From the human T2T-CHM13v2.0 reference genome, Homo sapiens, in assembly GCF_009914755.1 (NCBI RefSeq), contig NC_060936.1: a stretch of DNA of 64,000 nt; one strand, given 5' to 3'. The position numbers were made by a program, and so were the translations under genes. Each line of letters opens with the position of its first letter. The stretch's first letter is position 1. The notes below the pieces were generated by a model. That model worked only from the letters and a program-made list of their open reading frames with translations. It was not told the DNA's origin and did no database searches. Shown one piece after another: positions 43,437 to 56,607 of this stretch.

Positions 43437-44491
43437 TTTCCATTAAAAAAAAATTATATATATATATTTATTCATTTTTATTCTCCTTTTTTAGATAAAA
43501 GGTAGTTTACTGTTATTTATCCTGTTTTTTATCTTACTGGTATATCTTCGATGTCACTTCATAGCGATACATGGATATGTATTTTACATCTGTGCAGTGC
43601 TTCATTATGAGGATGTACCCTGGTTCATTGAATCAGTTTTTTGCTATTACGAAGAGTGCTGTTGTCATGTTGCCAGTTTATCTTTAGGATAAAGCCCCAG
43701 GAGTGGCATGCTGGGTCACAGGTTTAATATCATTTTGAAGTTATTGCTAAATTTTCCTCCATAGGATTTGTACTATTTTGTATTTCCAGAAATGCAAATG
43801 CTTTTACGTTTTATGATTCAGTGAACCTTCAGGATATAAAGAGGTGAATTCATAGTATATGGGATAGAAGAAAGAATCATAAATAGTTACTGATTAAAAT
43901 GTCAAAATTTAATGCAAACGTAATACAAAGGTTTTTTATGTTAATGAATTGGTTAGTGTACTTGCCTGAACTATATTCAAGTGAAAATGAATTATGTACT
44001 TTGAATATAGCAGTTTTCTTGGTATATGTGGGTATATGGATTATGAATAAAAAATGAAAATTCTTTTGGGTGAAAAAATAATAAATTTTAATGGAGTATT
44101 AAACACCTTACATTCCTTATTAATCTCATCTTTCATTTGGCATAGTGAATATTTTATGTGAAAAAAGCAAGGACTAGTTTCATTTTGAAGAATAAATCAT
44201 TTGCTATTAGTAAACAGCTGATTGGATTTGAAATTTGTCATTTGTAGATTTAATTGTTGCACTTTGGGTTGTCTATATGCTGGAAAGTCTGTGACACATA
44301 CTAATTTGTAATTTTGAAATGATACTGAGTCAGATCTCTTTCAACTTTGCTGAAATCTTTTTGTTTTTATTCTCTACTTGTATTAACACTTTTTATTAAG
44401 GATTTGAGAGTTAAATTTTTCAGCTAGTTTAACAAATGACTACTTCTGTATCTTATGGAAGAAATGATGTGCTATATTGTTTGGTTTGGCA

Positions 44492-44781
<290 letters not shown>

Positions 44782-46189
44782 TGTTTGGCATTTTCTAAGT
44801 TCCGGGAAGATGTTATCCACAACTGTCAAAGTACTATCATAGGAAGGAAAAAAATTGGAAAGAGAGATTGGATTCAGATCCTAGAAGACCTTACTTTTTT
44901 GGCTAAGAAGTTTGGTCTCTATTCAGCAGACAGGGAAAATCAATAAAGAATTTGTAAGATGCCATTTAGCTTTGAATTCTTCAGAGGAAAAACTTGAGTG
45001 GTACACTCAAGTTAGTTTCCATGTAAACTTTGTGATATAATTGAATAGTTACATGAACTGTTTTTTGCTTATGGAGAACCTGAAGCATATGTGGTATTGT
45101 TAGTGGCTGGGCTATGATAATTCAAGTTTATTGAGGCCATACTCTATGTCAGGTACATAGTACTCTACAAAATACTTTACATGGATTGTCTCCTTCAATC
45201 CTCACAGCAACCAGGACAAGGGAGGGGCTAGTGTTATCCCCATTCTAATCTCATCAGAGGAGAAATTTAAGGCTTATAGAAATGAAACACATTATCCAGG
45301 ATTGGATCCTGTACATATAAAGGATATTATTGGAACAATTAGTGAAATTTGAATGGGGCCTGTTGATTAGATGGTAATTTTAATCAATGTTAACTTCCAG
45401 ATTTTGATGATGATTTTGTGGTTAGATAGAATGTCCTTGTACTTAGGATACACACACACATACACAGATACACGGACACACACACACACACACACACACT
45501 GTGTATATGTATACATTGAGATATTAAGTGGGCATCATGTCTGAAACATTCTTAAATGACTCAAAAATATTAACAATTTCATAATCTGGGTGACAGGTAT
45601 GAGAGAGTATGTGTGTGTCTTTACCGCCTTTCTACTTACTCTAACCAAGGTCATGTATAATCAGAAAGTTAAATATAAATTCAAGAGATCTATGGTACAG
45701 CAGGATGACTGTAGTTCCTGACGATATATTGTAAATTCTTGAAAAATGCAGAGAGTAAATGTTGAGTTTTCTCATAACAAAATAATGGCATGAGGTAACG
45801 CATTCGTTAATTAGCTAGTTAGCTATTTCACAATGTGTATGTGCCTTCAAACATGTTGTACATGATAAATACAATGTTCTCTGTTAAAAAAATTGTTTTA
45901 AGAGTTTCACAGCATAATATAATTGTTATTGAGTCTAAGATTGCATAATACTGTTAGATTTTGTTTTTAGTATTTTCATATTTAAATAGTATACTGAGAT
46001 AATTTATTTTAATATGAACATTTAATAATTTTAAAATATTTTTAAAAATTAAGCCAATTTTTATTCATTCCTCATACTAATTGATTATTCTCACTTTAAC
46101 AGCATTGCTTATCACTTTCAGGTTTCTTCTAAATCAGATTGTTTGCCTTTTGTAGTAGTTATACTGTGAGATCGCTTAGTAAATGTTAA

Positions 46190-46408
<219 letters not shown>

Positions 46409-46512
46409 TAATTTACAATGGACTGTTAAACACATTTTATAATTTATGCATTTTAATTTAGTTTTAAATGTTATTATCTAAAAATAAGTATCTGCTTTTT
46501 GTTTTAACATAG

Positions 46513-46788
46513 GTTATCTTATGATGAGGCTTTTGCTATGGCTAATGATCCCTTGGAAGGCTTCCATGAAGTAAACCTTGCTTCACCTACTTCTCCGGAC
46601 CTTCTTGGTGTGTATGAATCAGGAACTCAAGAGCAGACTACCTCACCAAGTGTCATCTACCGGCCACACCCTTCAGCTTTATCCTCTGTACCTATCCAGG
46701 CAAATGCATTAGATGTTTCTGAACTTCCTACACAACCCGTGTATTCATCCCCCAGACGTTTAAATTGTGCGGAAATATCTAGTATCAG
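46513..46788 (+). CDS. RAB3IP: RAB3IP exon 2 (ATG of short isoform at 46538), Rabin8 N-terminus
   Basis: Acceptor ttttaacatag|G and donor AG|gtagga. Translation [29 protein letters not shown]...CAEISSI is recognisable Rabin8; 251 coding nt from the ATG, phase 2. Confidence 0.97.
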
Positions 46789-46936
46789 GTAGGAAATAAG
46801 TAAATCACTTATTTGATTTTTTTTAAAATGGACAGTTTGCTTAGTTACTATATTTTAAGTTTTACTATTTTTAGAAAATTTGAGTAACTTAAGTGTGCCT
46901 AGGTAAAGAAATACATGACCTGATGATATTCTAGAA

Positions 46937-47274
46937 CAGGGTTGACAAACTTTATATGTGAAGGACCAGATAGTAAATATTTTAGGCTTTGCAAGCCATG
47001 CAGTCTCTGTTGCAACTATTCAACTCTGCCTTTAGAGTTTGAAAGCAGCCATAGACAGTATGTAAATGAATGAGAGTGGTTGTGTTCCAATAAAACTTCA
47101 TATATGGATGCAGAATTTTGAATTTCATTTAATTTTCATGTGTCACAAAATATTCTTTTAAAGATTTCTTTTCAACTATTTGAAATTGTAAAAACTATAC
47201 TTGGCTCATTGATACCTTATAAAAACGGGTGGAAGGCTTGGTTTAGCCTGTAGGCTATAGTTTGTTAACCCCTG
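46937..47274 (+). mobile_element. MER58-type hAT element, followed by a MER3-like element (~47283-47460)
   Basis: TIRs cagggttgacaaact / agtttgttaacccctg and internal ccagatagtaaatattttaggctttgc. Confidence 0.8.
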
Positions 47275-47533
47275 CTCTTGAGTAGCACTGTCCTGTAGAA
47301 CTTTCTGTGTTGATGAAAATGTTCTATTTCTGTGCTATCTAATATGAATGATAGGTATTAACCACATGTAGCTATTGAGCACTTGAAATGTGGCTGATAT
47401 GACTGAGGACATACTATTTATTTAAATATAGAAGCTACCAAATTGGGTAGTACAGTTCTAGAGCTGTGTGTTTAAGCCAGTTCTATTGGAGCATATGCTG
47501 ATATTTTCTGAAAAATGTCTCTCTCCTTTACAG

Positions 47534-47792
47534 CTTTCATGTTACAGACCCAGCCCCTTGCTCTACCTCTGGAGTCACAGCTGGATTAACTAAATTAACT
47601 ACAAGAAAGGACAACTATAATGCAGAGAGAGAGTTTTTACAGGGTGCTACTATAACAGAGGCTTGCGATGGCAGTGATGATATTTTTGGGTTGAGTACTG
47701 ATAGTCTGTCTCGTTTACGAAGCCCATCTGTTTTGGAAGTTAGAGAAAAGGGCTATGAACGATTAAAAGAAGAACTCGCAAAAGCTCAGAGG
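47534..47792 (+). CDS. RAB3IP: RAB3IP exon 3 (codons 84-170 of short isoform; runs into the Sec2-type coiled coil)
   Basis: Acceptor ctctctcctttacag|C and donor AGG|gtaaga. 259 nt, in frame with exon 2: (S)[13 protein letters not shown]...[28 protein letters not shown]. Missed by the ORF track because it has no start codon. Confidence 0.97.
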
Positions 47793-48339
47793 GTAAGAAA
47801 GAAGATATTTTATTCTTCCATATATTATATTAGAAATTAGTATTTCTCCATGGGGTGGGGCAACCTGCAGAAATGAAATCATGATGGTTGTACATTTATC
47901 CGTCACATATGCCCAGCCTCAGCTCCTGTTAGGCAGCATTTAGGAATCCGTGAAACTGGTTGGGTAGTAAAGAAGTTCCTCTAAGACTACTAACTGGAAA
48001 AATGTGGCTCTGTTAACTCTTCTGTGCCCCACTGCATTGCCTGCTCCCTGTCTCGTATTATCTGTAATGCAGATTGAGTGGGCTATATTCCACATGCAGG
48101 GTTTTTCCTTCTTACTACATGGCTGACTAAATGGTTATTTACTTGAAGTCACTCAGTCTAAGTCATTTTGTTTTGAGTTTAAGCTGAGTTTGAATATTTT
48201 CTGTATCTTACCTTGGAGAATTTTCTTGGTAAATTGTTGTGTTTCCCATTTGGTCATTTTAAAAGTTTCTGCTATTTATTTCCAAACTTGTGGCCATATC
48301 TTATTCTTTTTCTGAGTCTGCAGTTAAATTTCAGAGGAA

Positions 48340-48720
48340 AATTTATAGAATGAAATGCATACATCAGAAAACAGGAAAAGTCTCAAATGGACAATCTAAG
48401 CTCCCACTTTAAGAATCTGTAAAAAGAAGAGCAAAATAAAACCAGAGCAAGTAGAAGGAAGGAAATAATAAAGAGCAAAAATCAATGAAATTGATAACAG
48501 AAAAAATAGAGAAAATGAGTGAGACAAAATGTTGGTTCTTTAAGAAGATTAATAAAATTGCAAACCTCTAGCAAGACTGACAAAAAGAAGACAGATTTAT
48601 CAGTAGCAGGAGTGAAATGCAGGATGTCACTGGAGACTCATATCAAAAGTATAATGGAATGATATGAAAAACTGCATATATAAACCTGACAACCTAGGTG
48701 AAATACCAATTCACATGTAG
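48340..48720 (+). mobile_element. L1 ORF2 fragment
   Basis: A-rich L1 ORF2 motifs (caatctaagctcccactttaagaa, ttggttctttaagaagattaataaaattg, cctctagcaagactga). Confidence 0.75.
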
Positions 48721-49319
48721 AAAATTGAGAAGGTAGGGCAAACATTTATAGGTGTAATATCCAACCTACCATGACATTTCACAAATGTATTCCCACTCTT
48801 TCCCTAGCATACTTGTCTCTCATGAGCGTAGTATATTCATTTTTTTAATCCCCAGTTCCTTCCCAAAGGAAAAGGATGTGGTGAGATGTGGTTGCATTTT
48901 GTTTCTGTCATCTGGCTCAGACTTTGTTGTCTTAATAGATAGTATTTTATTAAAATCACACATTATATAGAGGTAAAATTTTGAGTATATGTATCCATCT
49001 TTGAGAACACATGGTTATTGATCAGAACAGATTGCTAATTTCTTAGCTCACTTGAGAATTTCCTTTGAAATCTCTAATATGCTGTATTTAGAGATACTGT
49101 TTGGATAATTGAAATGGTGATGTGTAAACACATATGTGGTGACTTTTATGAAGAGTATAAGTTAGTATTAATATTTACTTAGATCTCAAGGCTTGAAAAG
49201 GACTCTTGAATATAAAAATACTTCCTGAATTGTGACAACTTGTGAATCAAACTATGTCAACAGCCATTTTCTTTAGTCTTATCTTAAGAGAGGCCATTTT
49301 CTATACTTTTTACTTACTT

Positions 49320-52300
49320 GGTTAACTGTGTCTTCCTATTTAATACGAGTTTCTTATAGATAGTGTACAGTTAGGTCTTGTTCTTTTGATCCTTTGTAAT
49401 TATCTCTGTCTTTTAATTGGTGTTTAGACCATTTACATTTAATGGATAATGGTATAGTTTGGTTTAAATTTACCATCTTACTGTTTGTTTTCTGTTTGTC
49501 TCATTTGTTCCTTTTTCCCTTTTGTATCCTTTCTTTTGAATTAATTCTGTATTTTTAAAACAATTTCATCTTCCTGTGGCTTTTATCTTTGTTGCTTTAG
49601 CGTTTATAGTAGACATATTTAACTTATCACTCTCTACCTTCCGGTGATATATTACTTTACATCTGGTGTACAAACCTTACAAAAGTATACTTTTATTTTT
49701 CCCCTCCTAGTTTTTGTGCAATAATTGTTGTATGTTTCACTTCTTTGTGTGTTTAAACCCCACAAAACACTATTGTTTTGCATTAAACAGTATTATCTTT
49801 TAAAGAGACTTAAATAATAACAAAGAATCTTTACATAGATAAACATCAGAAATGTTAGCTACATGGGCATCTGTGTGTTCATTCCTTTTTTTTTTTTTTT
49901 TTTTTTTTTTTACAAGTTTTACTTTTATTTTTGAATGATAGTTTAACGGGGCATACAATTCTAGGTTGATGGTTGTTTTTTTTTTTCTCAACAAACACTT
50001 TCATAATTTTACGTCTTTGTCTTCCGGCATCTATCATTGTTGATGAGAAGCCAGCTGTCAATGTAGTTGTCATTCCTTTGTAGATAATTGGTTTTCTTCC
50101 TCCTTCTGGTCACTTCTAAGATTTTTTTTTTTAATTGATCATTCTTGGGTGTTTCTCGCAGAGGGGGATTTGGCAGGGTCATAGGACAATAGTGGAGGGA
50201 AGGTCAGCAGATAAACAAGTGAACAAAGGTCTCTGGTTTTCCTAGGCAGAGGACCCTGTGGCCTTCTGCAGTGCTTGTGTCCCTGGGTACTTGAGATTAG
50301 GGAGTGGTGATGACTCTTAACGAGCATGCTGCTGTCAAGCATCTGTTTAACAAAGCACATCTTGCACCGCCCTTAATCCATTTAACCCTGAGTGGACACA
50401 GCACATGTTTCAGAGAGCACAGGGTTGGGGGTAAGGTCATAGATCAACAGCATCCCAAGGCAGAAGAATTTTTCTTAGTACAGAACAAAATGAAGTCTCC
50501 TATGTCTACTTCTTTCTACACAGACACAGCAACAATCTGATTTCTCTATCTTTTCCCCACCTTTCCCCCTTTTCTATTCCACAAAACCGCCATCGTCATC
50601 ATGGCCCGTTCTCAATGAGCTGTTGGGTACACCTCCCAGACGGGGTGGTGGCCAGGCAGAGGAGCTCCTCACTTCCCAGAAGGGGCGGCCGGGCAGAGGC
50701 GCCTCCGACCTCCCGGACAGGGCGGCGGCCGGGCGGAGGCGCCCCCCACCTCCCTCCTGGACGGGGCGGCTGGCTGGGCGGGGGCTGAACCCCCACCTCC
50801 CTCCCGGACGGGGCGGCTGGCCGGGCAGGGGCTGACCCCCCACCTCCCTCCCGGACGGGGCGGCTGCCGGGCGGGGGCTGACCCCCCACCTCCCTCCCGG
50901 ATGGGGCGGCTGGCCGGGCGGGGGCTGACCTCCCACCTCCCTCCCGGACGGGGCGGCTGCCGGGCGGAGGGGCTCCTCACTTCTCAGACGGGGCTGCCGG
51001 GCAGAGACGCTCCTCACCTCCCAGACGGGGTCGCGGCCGGACAGAGGCGCTCCCCACATCTCAGACGATGGGTGGCCGGGCAGAGACGCTCCTCACTTCC
51101 CAGACGGGGTGGCGGCCGGGCAGAGGCTGCAATCTCGTCACTTTGGGAGGCCAAGGCAGGCGGCTGGGAGGTGGAGGTTGTAGCTAGCCGAGATCATGCC
51201 ACTGCACTCCAGCCTGGGCAACATTGAGCCCTGAGTGAATGAGACTCCGTCTGCAATCCCGGCACCTCGGGAGGCCGAGGCTGGCGGACCACTCACGGTT
51301 AGGAGCTGGAGACCAGCCCGACCAACACAGCGAAACCCCGTCTCCACCAAAAAAATACGAAAACCAGTCAGGCGTGGCGGCGTGCGCCTGCAATAGCAGG
51401 CACTCGGCAGGCTGAGGCAGGAGAATCAGGCAGGGAGGTTGCAGTGAGCCAAGATGGCAGCAGTACAGTCCAGCTTTGGCTCGGCATCAGAGGGAGACCG
51501 TGGAAAGAGAGGGCGAGGGAGACCGTGGGGAGAGGGAGAGGGAGACTGTGGGGAGAGGGAGAGGGAGAGGGAGAGCCTCCAACTCTCCTCTTGCTCAGGA
51601 TCCGTTTGGGGACTTGCTCTGTGTGTTCATTCCTTTGGTATTCATTTCTTCATGTGGATCCAGATTTCCAACTCGTATCATTTTTCCTTTGGCTTGAAGG
51701 ACATCCTTTTACATTTTTGTTGTGCATGTTTGATGGTGATAAATTCTTTTAGCTTTTGTATGTCTGTGTTCATTTTTGGTTTTTGAAAGATATTTTCACT
51801 GAGTAAAGAATTTAAGATTGATAATTTTTTTTTTTTTGTTACTGTAAAGATGTTGCTTCAGTGTTTTCAAGCATGTACATTGTTTCTCACAAGAAGTCTG
51901 CTGTTACCCTTACCTTTGTTCCTCTGCGTATTAGGTCTTTTCTCTCTGGCTGCTTATGAGAGTCCTCTCTCACTGGCATAAGCAATGTGATTGTGATTTG
52001 CTTTGGTGTAGTTTCTTCAGCTTTCTTATGTTTGGGATTTGTTGAGCTTCTTGAAGCTGTAGGTTGTTAGTTTTCATAAAATTTGGGAAATTTTGGCCTT
52101 TATATCTTCAAAAAGTTTTCCATTCTTCCTCTCTCTCTCCTTTCCTCTGGATTCCTATTACATGTACATTAGACTGCTTAAACTTATCTCACAGCTTGCT
52201 GGTGTTACAGTCTTTCATTTAAAAATCTTTTTTTCCTCACTGTGTTTCATTGTGGGTAGTTTCTATTGCTATGTCTTCAAAGTCACTACTCTTTTCTTCT

Positions 52301-52650
52301 GAAATATCTAATCTGTTAATCCCATACAGTATGTTTTTAAACTAGACATTGTAGTTTTCATCTCTGAAAGTTTGATTTGGATCTTTTTTATACTTTGCTT
52401 GCTCTGCTTAATATGTTGGGATGCAGTTTAATAAATGTTTTGTTTCTAATTATTTCATCTCTTCAGATAATAAGCTGGGGCAGATCTGGGGTGCACATTT
52501 TGTTTTTCATTTCTAGGGGATCACTGTCTTTTATTGCCTAATATCAAATGCTTCAAATTGTTGATCCATATATTTTTTCAGAGTTTTAGTTGTGTCAGAT
52601 GGGTGGTAAATCTAATCCCTGTTCCTCTATCTTAATTGGAAGTGAAAGTT
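49320..52650 (-). mobile_element. Old antisense L1M hosting the SVA insertion
   Basis: L1M motifs on both sides of the SVA that join up when the TSD-bounded insert is removed. Confidence 0.65.
50122..51575 (-). mobile_element. Full-length SVA (SINE-R ~50133-50620, VNTR ~50625-51125, Alu-like ~51126-51500, CCCTCT hexamers to 51575)
   Basis: gatcattcttgggtgtttctcgcagagggggatttggcagg SINE-R end, GC-rich VNTR units (cctccctcccggacggggcggctg), and (gggaga)n. Confidence 0.97.
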
Positions 52651-53608
52651 CTACTTACTCATTTATATTACTTCATTGTCTACCCCATTCAAGTAATCCA
52701 CATAGAAAAACCTGCATTTATACACACATGCTTCAGTACTTCTGAGATTCATGAGGATAAGGATTGCATATGTTTGTGCTCATGATTATATCTTGAGCAT
52801 ATAATGGGTTTTCAATACATTTTGTTGATTAAATGAATATATACATGTATATGCGGTTATACAAGTGTTTGTATACACACATGCCTGATATATTAGGGTG
52901 ATGCTTATAAGTAACCCCCAAATTTTCGTGACTTTACCTAATAGAAGTTCATTTTTATTCATTTAACACTCTGAAGCAGATGTTCATAGTTGGTAGGCAG
53001 TTCTCTGTGAAATAATTCAGAGATCTGTTTCTCTTCTGTTTGGGGCCTTTGTAATTTCTTAGGGTTTTATTGTTATTTGTATCTAACCAATGAGACAAAA
53101 GGGAAAGACAGCTTAGAGAAGGTACAGCTTCTTCTAAAAAACCTTGGCTTAGATATGATACACATCACTTTTGCTCACATTCTATTGGTGTGAACCTTTC
53201 ATGCCAATACCTAGATGTATGGTGGGCTGGGTAATGTAATCCCTGGATGGACAACCACTTCCCAGCAACAAATCCATACTGTGTGTGTAGGGGGACCAAT
53301 CATGTGGTCACTTATTTTCAGGTGCAGGGATGCCAGAGATTATGATGTAGTCATTTAGCTGTTTGGCCTTCCATAGGATATTTCTGAAGAGCAGCTTTTA
53401 GTGGAATTCTCAGGAGGAAATTGGGCTTTAGTGCATTCTTATTAAGTATAGATCCTTGCACTCTACTCCAGATCTGCTGAAATCAAATTATTGTGTTGAG
53501 GTTTGGGAATATGCATTTTCATCAAACTTGTTGATTCTTACATTCACTAAAAGGTGAAATCTGCTGTAAGAGGTTATTTTAAACTTTTATTTTTCTTAAA
53601 AGAAAATG

Positions 53609-54005
<397 letters not shown>

Positions 54006-54094
54006 TCACATACTTGCACTAACCCTATTCAGTATTGGTTCTACTAACTGTAGCCAAAGACATTTGTAAACATTAACAAATATTTTTTTATGAG

Positions 54095-54742
54095 ATAAAA
54101 CTATAAATTTTATTTTGCTTCTCAACATAAGCTCCGTCAAGTTGAAGACACTTTTATAAGGGATGATAACCAGCCATTTAGTTCATCCTTAAAGAACTGA
54201 GGGTGCTGGGAATTTAACCATGTCAATGCAGTCTTTTTTACATTATTAGCTGAAGAAAAATGGATGCTTTTTAAATATTTTTTTAAGATTGTGAACAAAG
54301 AATTCTGAAGGAGCCAAATAAGGATTGCAAGGTGTATGCCTAATGATTTTTCATGGAAACTCTCACAAAATTGCCCTTGATGAGAGGAATGAGCAGGAAC
54401 ATTGTTGTGGTGGAGAACGACTCTGGTGAAGCTCTCTTGGGCATCTTTCTGCTAAAACTGTGACTAACTTTCTCAAAACACTCTGATAGTAAGCAGTTGT
54501 TAACCATTCTTTGGCCCTCCAGAAAATCAACCAGCAAAATGCCTTGAGCATGTAAAAAATTGTTGCCATGACCCTTGCTCTTGATCAGTCCACTTTTGCT
54601 TTGACTGGACCACTTCCACCTCTTGGTAGCCATTGCTTTGATTGTACTTTGTCTTCAGCATCATACAGGAAAAGTTATGTTTCATCTCCTATTATAATTC
54701 TTTGAAAATGCTTCAGGATCTTGATCTCACTTGTTAAAATTT
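54095..54742 (-). mobile_element. HSMAR2 mariner transposon, 3' half (degraded transposase)
   Basis: Minus strand reads gatcaagatcctgaagcatt...ggagatgaaac (GDET), caatggctaccaagaggtggaagtggtccagtc, an HDNA-like HNNVPAH and a YSPDLAP-like segment; frameshifted. Confidence 0.88.
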
Positions 54743-56034
54743 TTTTTTCTTCAACTTTTATTTTAAATTTAGGGGGTATATGTGCAGGTTTATTACCTGG
54801 ATATATTGTATAGTTCTGTGGTTTAGGTTATGAATAATCCTGTCACCCTGGTACTGAGCATAGTACCCAATTGTTAGTTTGTCAGCCCTTGTCCCCCTCC
54901 CCTGTCTAGTAGTCCCCAGTTTCTATTTTTCCCATCTTTAGGTCCATGAGTACAATGTTTAGCTCCCACTTATAAGTGAAAAAAATGCAATACTTGGTGT
55001 TCTGTTCCTATGTTAATTTGCTTAGGATAATAGCCTCCAGCTGCATCAGTGTTGCTGCAGAGGAATTTATTTTGTTCTTTTTTAATGGCTATATAATATT
55101 CCTTGGTGTATATGCACTACATTTTCTTTATCTGATCCACTGTTGATGAGCATCTAGGTTGATTCCATGTCTTTGCTATTGTGCATAGTGCTGGGATGAA
55201 CATGTGAGTGCATGTGTCTTTTTGGGAGAACAGTTTATTTTCTTTTGGATATATACCCAGTAATGGGATTGCTGAGTTGAATGGTGGTAATTCTTTCCCA
55301 AGGCTGATGTCCAGAATGGTGTTTCCTAGGTTTTTTTCTAGGATTCTTATGGCTTATGGATTCTTATGGCTTATTCCTAGGTTGTTTTCTAGGATTCTTA
55401 TGGCAAAGATTTCTTACATTGAAATCTTTAATCTATCTTAATTTTTGTATATGGTGAAGGGGGATGGGTATTCCAGTTTCATTCTTCTGCATATGCCTAG
55501 CCAGCTATCCTAGCACCATTTGTTGAATAAGGAGTCATTTCCTCATTGCTTATTTTTGTTGATTTTTGTCAAAGATCAGATGGCTGTAGGTCCAGGGCTT
55601 TATTTCTGGGTTCTGTATTTTGTTCCATTAGTCTATGTGTCTGTTTTTGTACCAGCACCATGCTGTTTTGATTACTGTAACCTTATAAAATAGATTGAAG
55701 TCAAGTAATATGGTACCTCTGACTTCTTTTTTCAAAGGATTGCTTTGGCCATTCAGGCCCTTGTGTGGTTCCATATGAGTTTTTAAATACTTTTTTTTTT
55801 TTTAGTTCTGTGAAAAACAACATTGGTAGTTTGATAGGAATACCGTTGAATCTGTAGATTGCTTTGGGCAGTATGGCCATTTTAACAATGTTGATTCTTC
55901 CAGTCCATGAGCATGAAATATTTTTAAAATTTCTTTGTGTTATTTATGATTTAACGGTATTTTATAGTTCTCTTTGTAGAGATCTTTCACCCCCTTGGTT
56001 GGATGTATTCCTAGGTATTTGTGTGTGTGTGTGG

Positions 56035-56607
56035 TTATTGTAAATGAGATTGTGTTCTTGATTTGCTCTCACCTTGAATGTTATTGGTGTATACAAATGC
56101 TGCTGAATTTTGTACATTGACTTTGTATCTGGAAACTTTACTGGAGTCATTTATCAGTTCCAGGAACCTTTTGGAAGAGTCTTTATGGTTCTTCAGGTAT
56201 AAAATCATATAGTCTGTAGGAGAGGTAATTTGACTTTTTCTTTTCATGTTTGGTTGCCTTTTACTTTTTTCTCTTGCTGGATTCCTCTGGCTAACACTTC
56301 CAGTACTGTGTTGAATAGGAATGGTGAGAGTGGGCATCGTTGTCTTGTTCCAGTTCTTGGGGAAGCCTTCCAATTTTTGTCCATTCAGTATGATGTTGGC
56401 TGTGGGTTTGTCATAGATGGCTCTTATTATTTTGAGGTACATTTCTTTGATGCCTAATTTCTTTAGCGTTTTTATCGTGAAAGGATGTTGGATCTTATTG
56501 AAAGCTTTTTCCACCTCTGTTGAGATGATCGTATGGCTTTTGTTTTTAATTCTATTTATGTTGTGAATCACATTTATTGACTTGTGTATATTGAACCAGT
56601 CTTGCAT
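56035..56607 (-). pseudogene. L1 ORF2 reverse-transcriptase fragment
   Basis: MQDWFNIHKSINVIHNINRIKNKSHTIISTEVEKAFNKIQHPF...[16 protein letters not shown] is L1 ORF2 RT; frameshifted afterwards. Confidence 0.9.

Noticed and set aside
46789-46792. ORF-track stop giving an 84-aa protein
   Set aside because: The ORF runs into the intron at the GT donor; splicing continues the frame into exon 3.
50139-51786. Multiple 70-160 aa ORFs
   Set aside because: They are translations of SVA SINE-R, VNTR and Alu-like domains.
54340-54633. Possible domesticated mariner transposase (SETMAR-like)
   Set aside because: Frameshifts, stops, altered catalytic motifs and a missing N-terminal half; a decayed HSMAR2 copy.
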